NCBI RefSeq assembly: GCF_006345805.1
Contig: NW_021827715.1
Span: forward strand, 1-9,959
Reading direction: 5' to 3'
Length of the DNA: 9,959 nt
DNA from: Octopus sinensis
Taxonomy: Eukaryota
The notes below the pieces were generated by a model that did not search any database, was not told the DNA's origin, and saw only the letters and a list, made by a program, of their open reading frames with translations. Position numbers and translations under genes: made by a program. Below are positions 8,653-9,959 of the stretch, piece by piece (the first letter of the stretch is position 1; each line of letters starts with the position of its first letter).

Positions 8653-8867
8653 AAGCTCCTAATATTATAGATCAAGTTGGAGTTATAAGGCTGTTAATAA
8701 GTGAATAATCTGAAGCAAACGGAGACAGTGGTTATGTGTAGTAATGGAGGTTGAGTTGTTTGTTTAAAGTAGAAGACAGCATATGTATCGTGGGCAGAAG
8801 AGCTACTGTGTGTTGGCACTGAGTTTGGAATGTATTTGACATTCAGTCTATGTATGTATGTATGCAT

Positions 8868-9002
8868 TGCTTTCCAGCCGCATGCTTGCGGGTTCAGTCC
8901 CACCACGTGACATCTTGGACAAGTGTCTTCTACTATTGCCTCGGGCGGACCAAATCCTTGTGAGTGGATTTTGTAGACGGAAAATGAAAAGAACTCGTCG
9001 TA

Positions 9003-9044
<42 letters not shown>

Positions 9045-9270
9045 TGTATACATGTTTATGTGTCTGTGCTTAATCTCTTCAACATCACTTGACGACTGAC
9101 GCTGGTGTATTTACGCCCCCGTAACTTAGCGGGTCGGCGAAAGTAACCGTTATAATAAGTAATAAGTACTAGGCTTACAAAGAATAAATCCTGGGTCGAT
9201 TCTCTCGAATGAAGGCGGTGCTCCAGCATGGCCACAGTCAAATGACTGAAACAAGTAAAAGAATAAAAGA
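8868..9270 (+). mobile_element. SINE family A copy, 5' ~30 bp missing
   Basis: GGGTTCAGTCCC (8890-8901), CTTGGACAAGTGTCTTCTACTA, CCTTGTGAGTGGATTT, internal (AT)n, CCCCGTAACTTAGCGG, AATAAGTACTAGGCTTACAAAGAATAA and CAGTCAAATGACTGAAACAAGTAAAAGAATAAAAGA. Confidence 0.93.
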
Positions 9271-9355
9271 ATATATTATATACATATATATATATAGGTA
9301 TGTATGTATGTATGTATATATACTATATATACAATATATATATACATATATACAC

Positions 9356-9388
<33 letters not shown>

Positions 9389-9389
9389 C

Positions 9390-9469
<80 letters not shown>

Positions 9470-9472
9470 ATA
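9271..9472. repeat. Compound (AT)n/(TATG)n/(CA)n microsatellite
   Basis: Directly visible, immediately after the SINE tail. Confidence 0.97.
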
Positions 9473-9959
9473 TTCATACGCAAACGCGGAGATGTGCATA
9501 TATCGGTTATATGTAAAAGATTTTATAATGGCTTTTGTCTTCCTTCGCTTCCTTAATGTTATTTTTTGCTTTTGTTTTCAAGATATTTGCTTTGCATTAT
9601 GCGTGGAGATAATGGTTGTAATGTAGGTGTGATTTAATTGTGTATTTTTGTGGTAAATTCTTTTCATGGAAATGAATAGTTATGTGTGTGTGGGGGAGGG
9701 GAGACGCGTGTATGTGTGTATGTGTATTGTACACCTATTGAACTGTTTGCTTGTAAATTAAGGCTTATTAGTACATAAAGTTTCGAATTCTATATATCAG
9801 GCTGGGATTGCCGTAAGCTGTTTGTAGCTAAAGAACTTTGTGTTTTCATGAAATAAAACCCATTTATACATCTATCCATCTATCCTTCCATCCATACATA
9901 CGTATACGCCCGCGCGCCTGTGTGTAAGTGAGTGTATGTGTGTGAGAGCGTGTCTTGTG

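Noticed and set aside
9209-9626. Overlapping ORFs at the window end
   Set aside because: Translations of SINE tail plus microsatellite.

Overview
AT-rich, non-coding eukaryotic DNA, most likely intergenic or intronic sequence from an octopus (inferred from the SINE families, recognised from memory and not by a search, and from the very high microsatellite load). No intact protein-coding gene is supported, and most ORFs in the track are translations of (AT)n/(GT)n/(CATA)n tracts or of SINEs. The window holds five copies or fragments of a tRNA-headed, CORE-like SINE with an internal microsatellite (family A). It also holds one dimeric SINE of a second family (B) with an exact 14-bp target-site duplication, a tRNA-Asp-derived pseudogene (5-nt deletion, anticodon changed to CTC) 16 bp upstream of a SINE head, and a 5'-truncated, decayed R4/Dong-like non-LTR retrotransposon (zinc knuckle plus restriction-like endonuclease) between (CATA)n tracts with a duplicated 3' end. 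A degenerate ~73-75 bp tandem repeat lies at the start. I do not see a convincing new biological system; the best leads are the CATA-associated LINE, the tRNA-SINE juxtaposition, the inverted SINE pairs and a module shared between the two SINE families.
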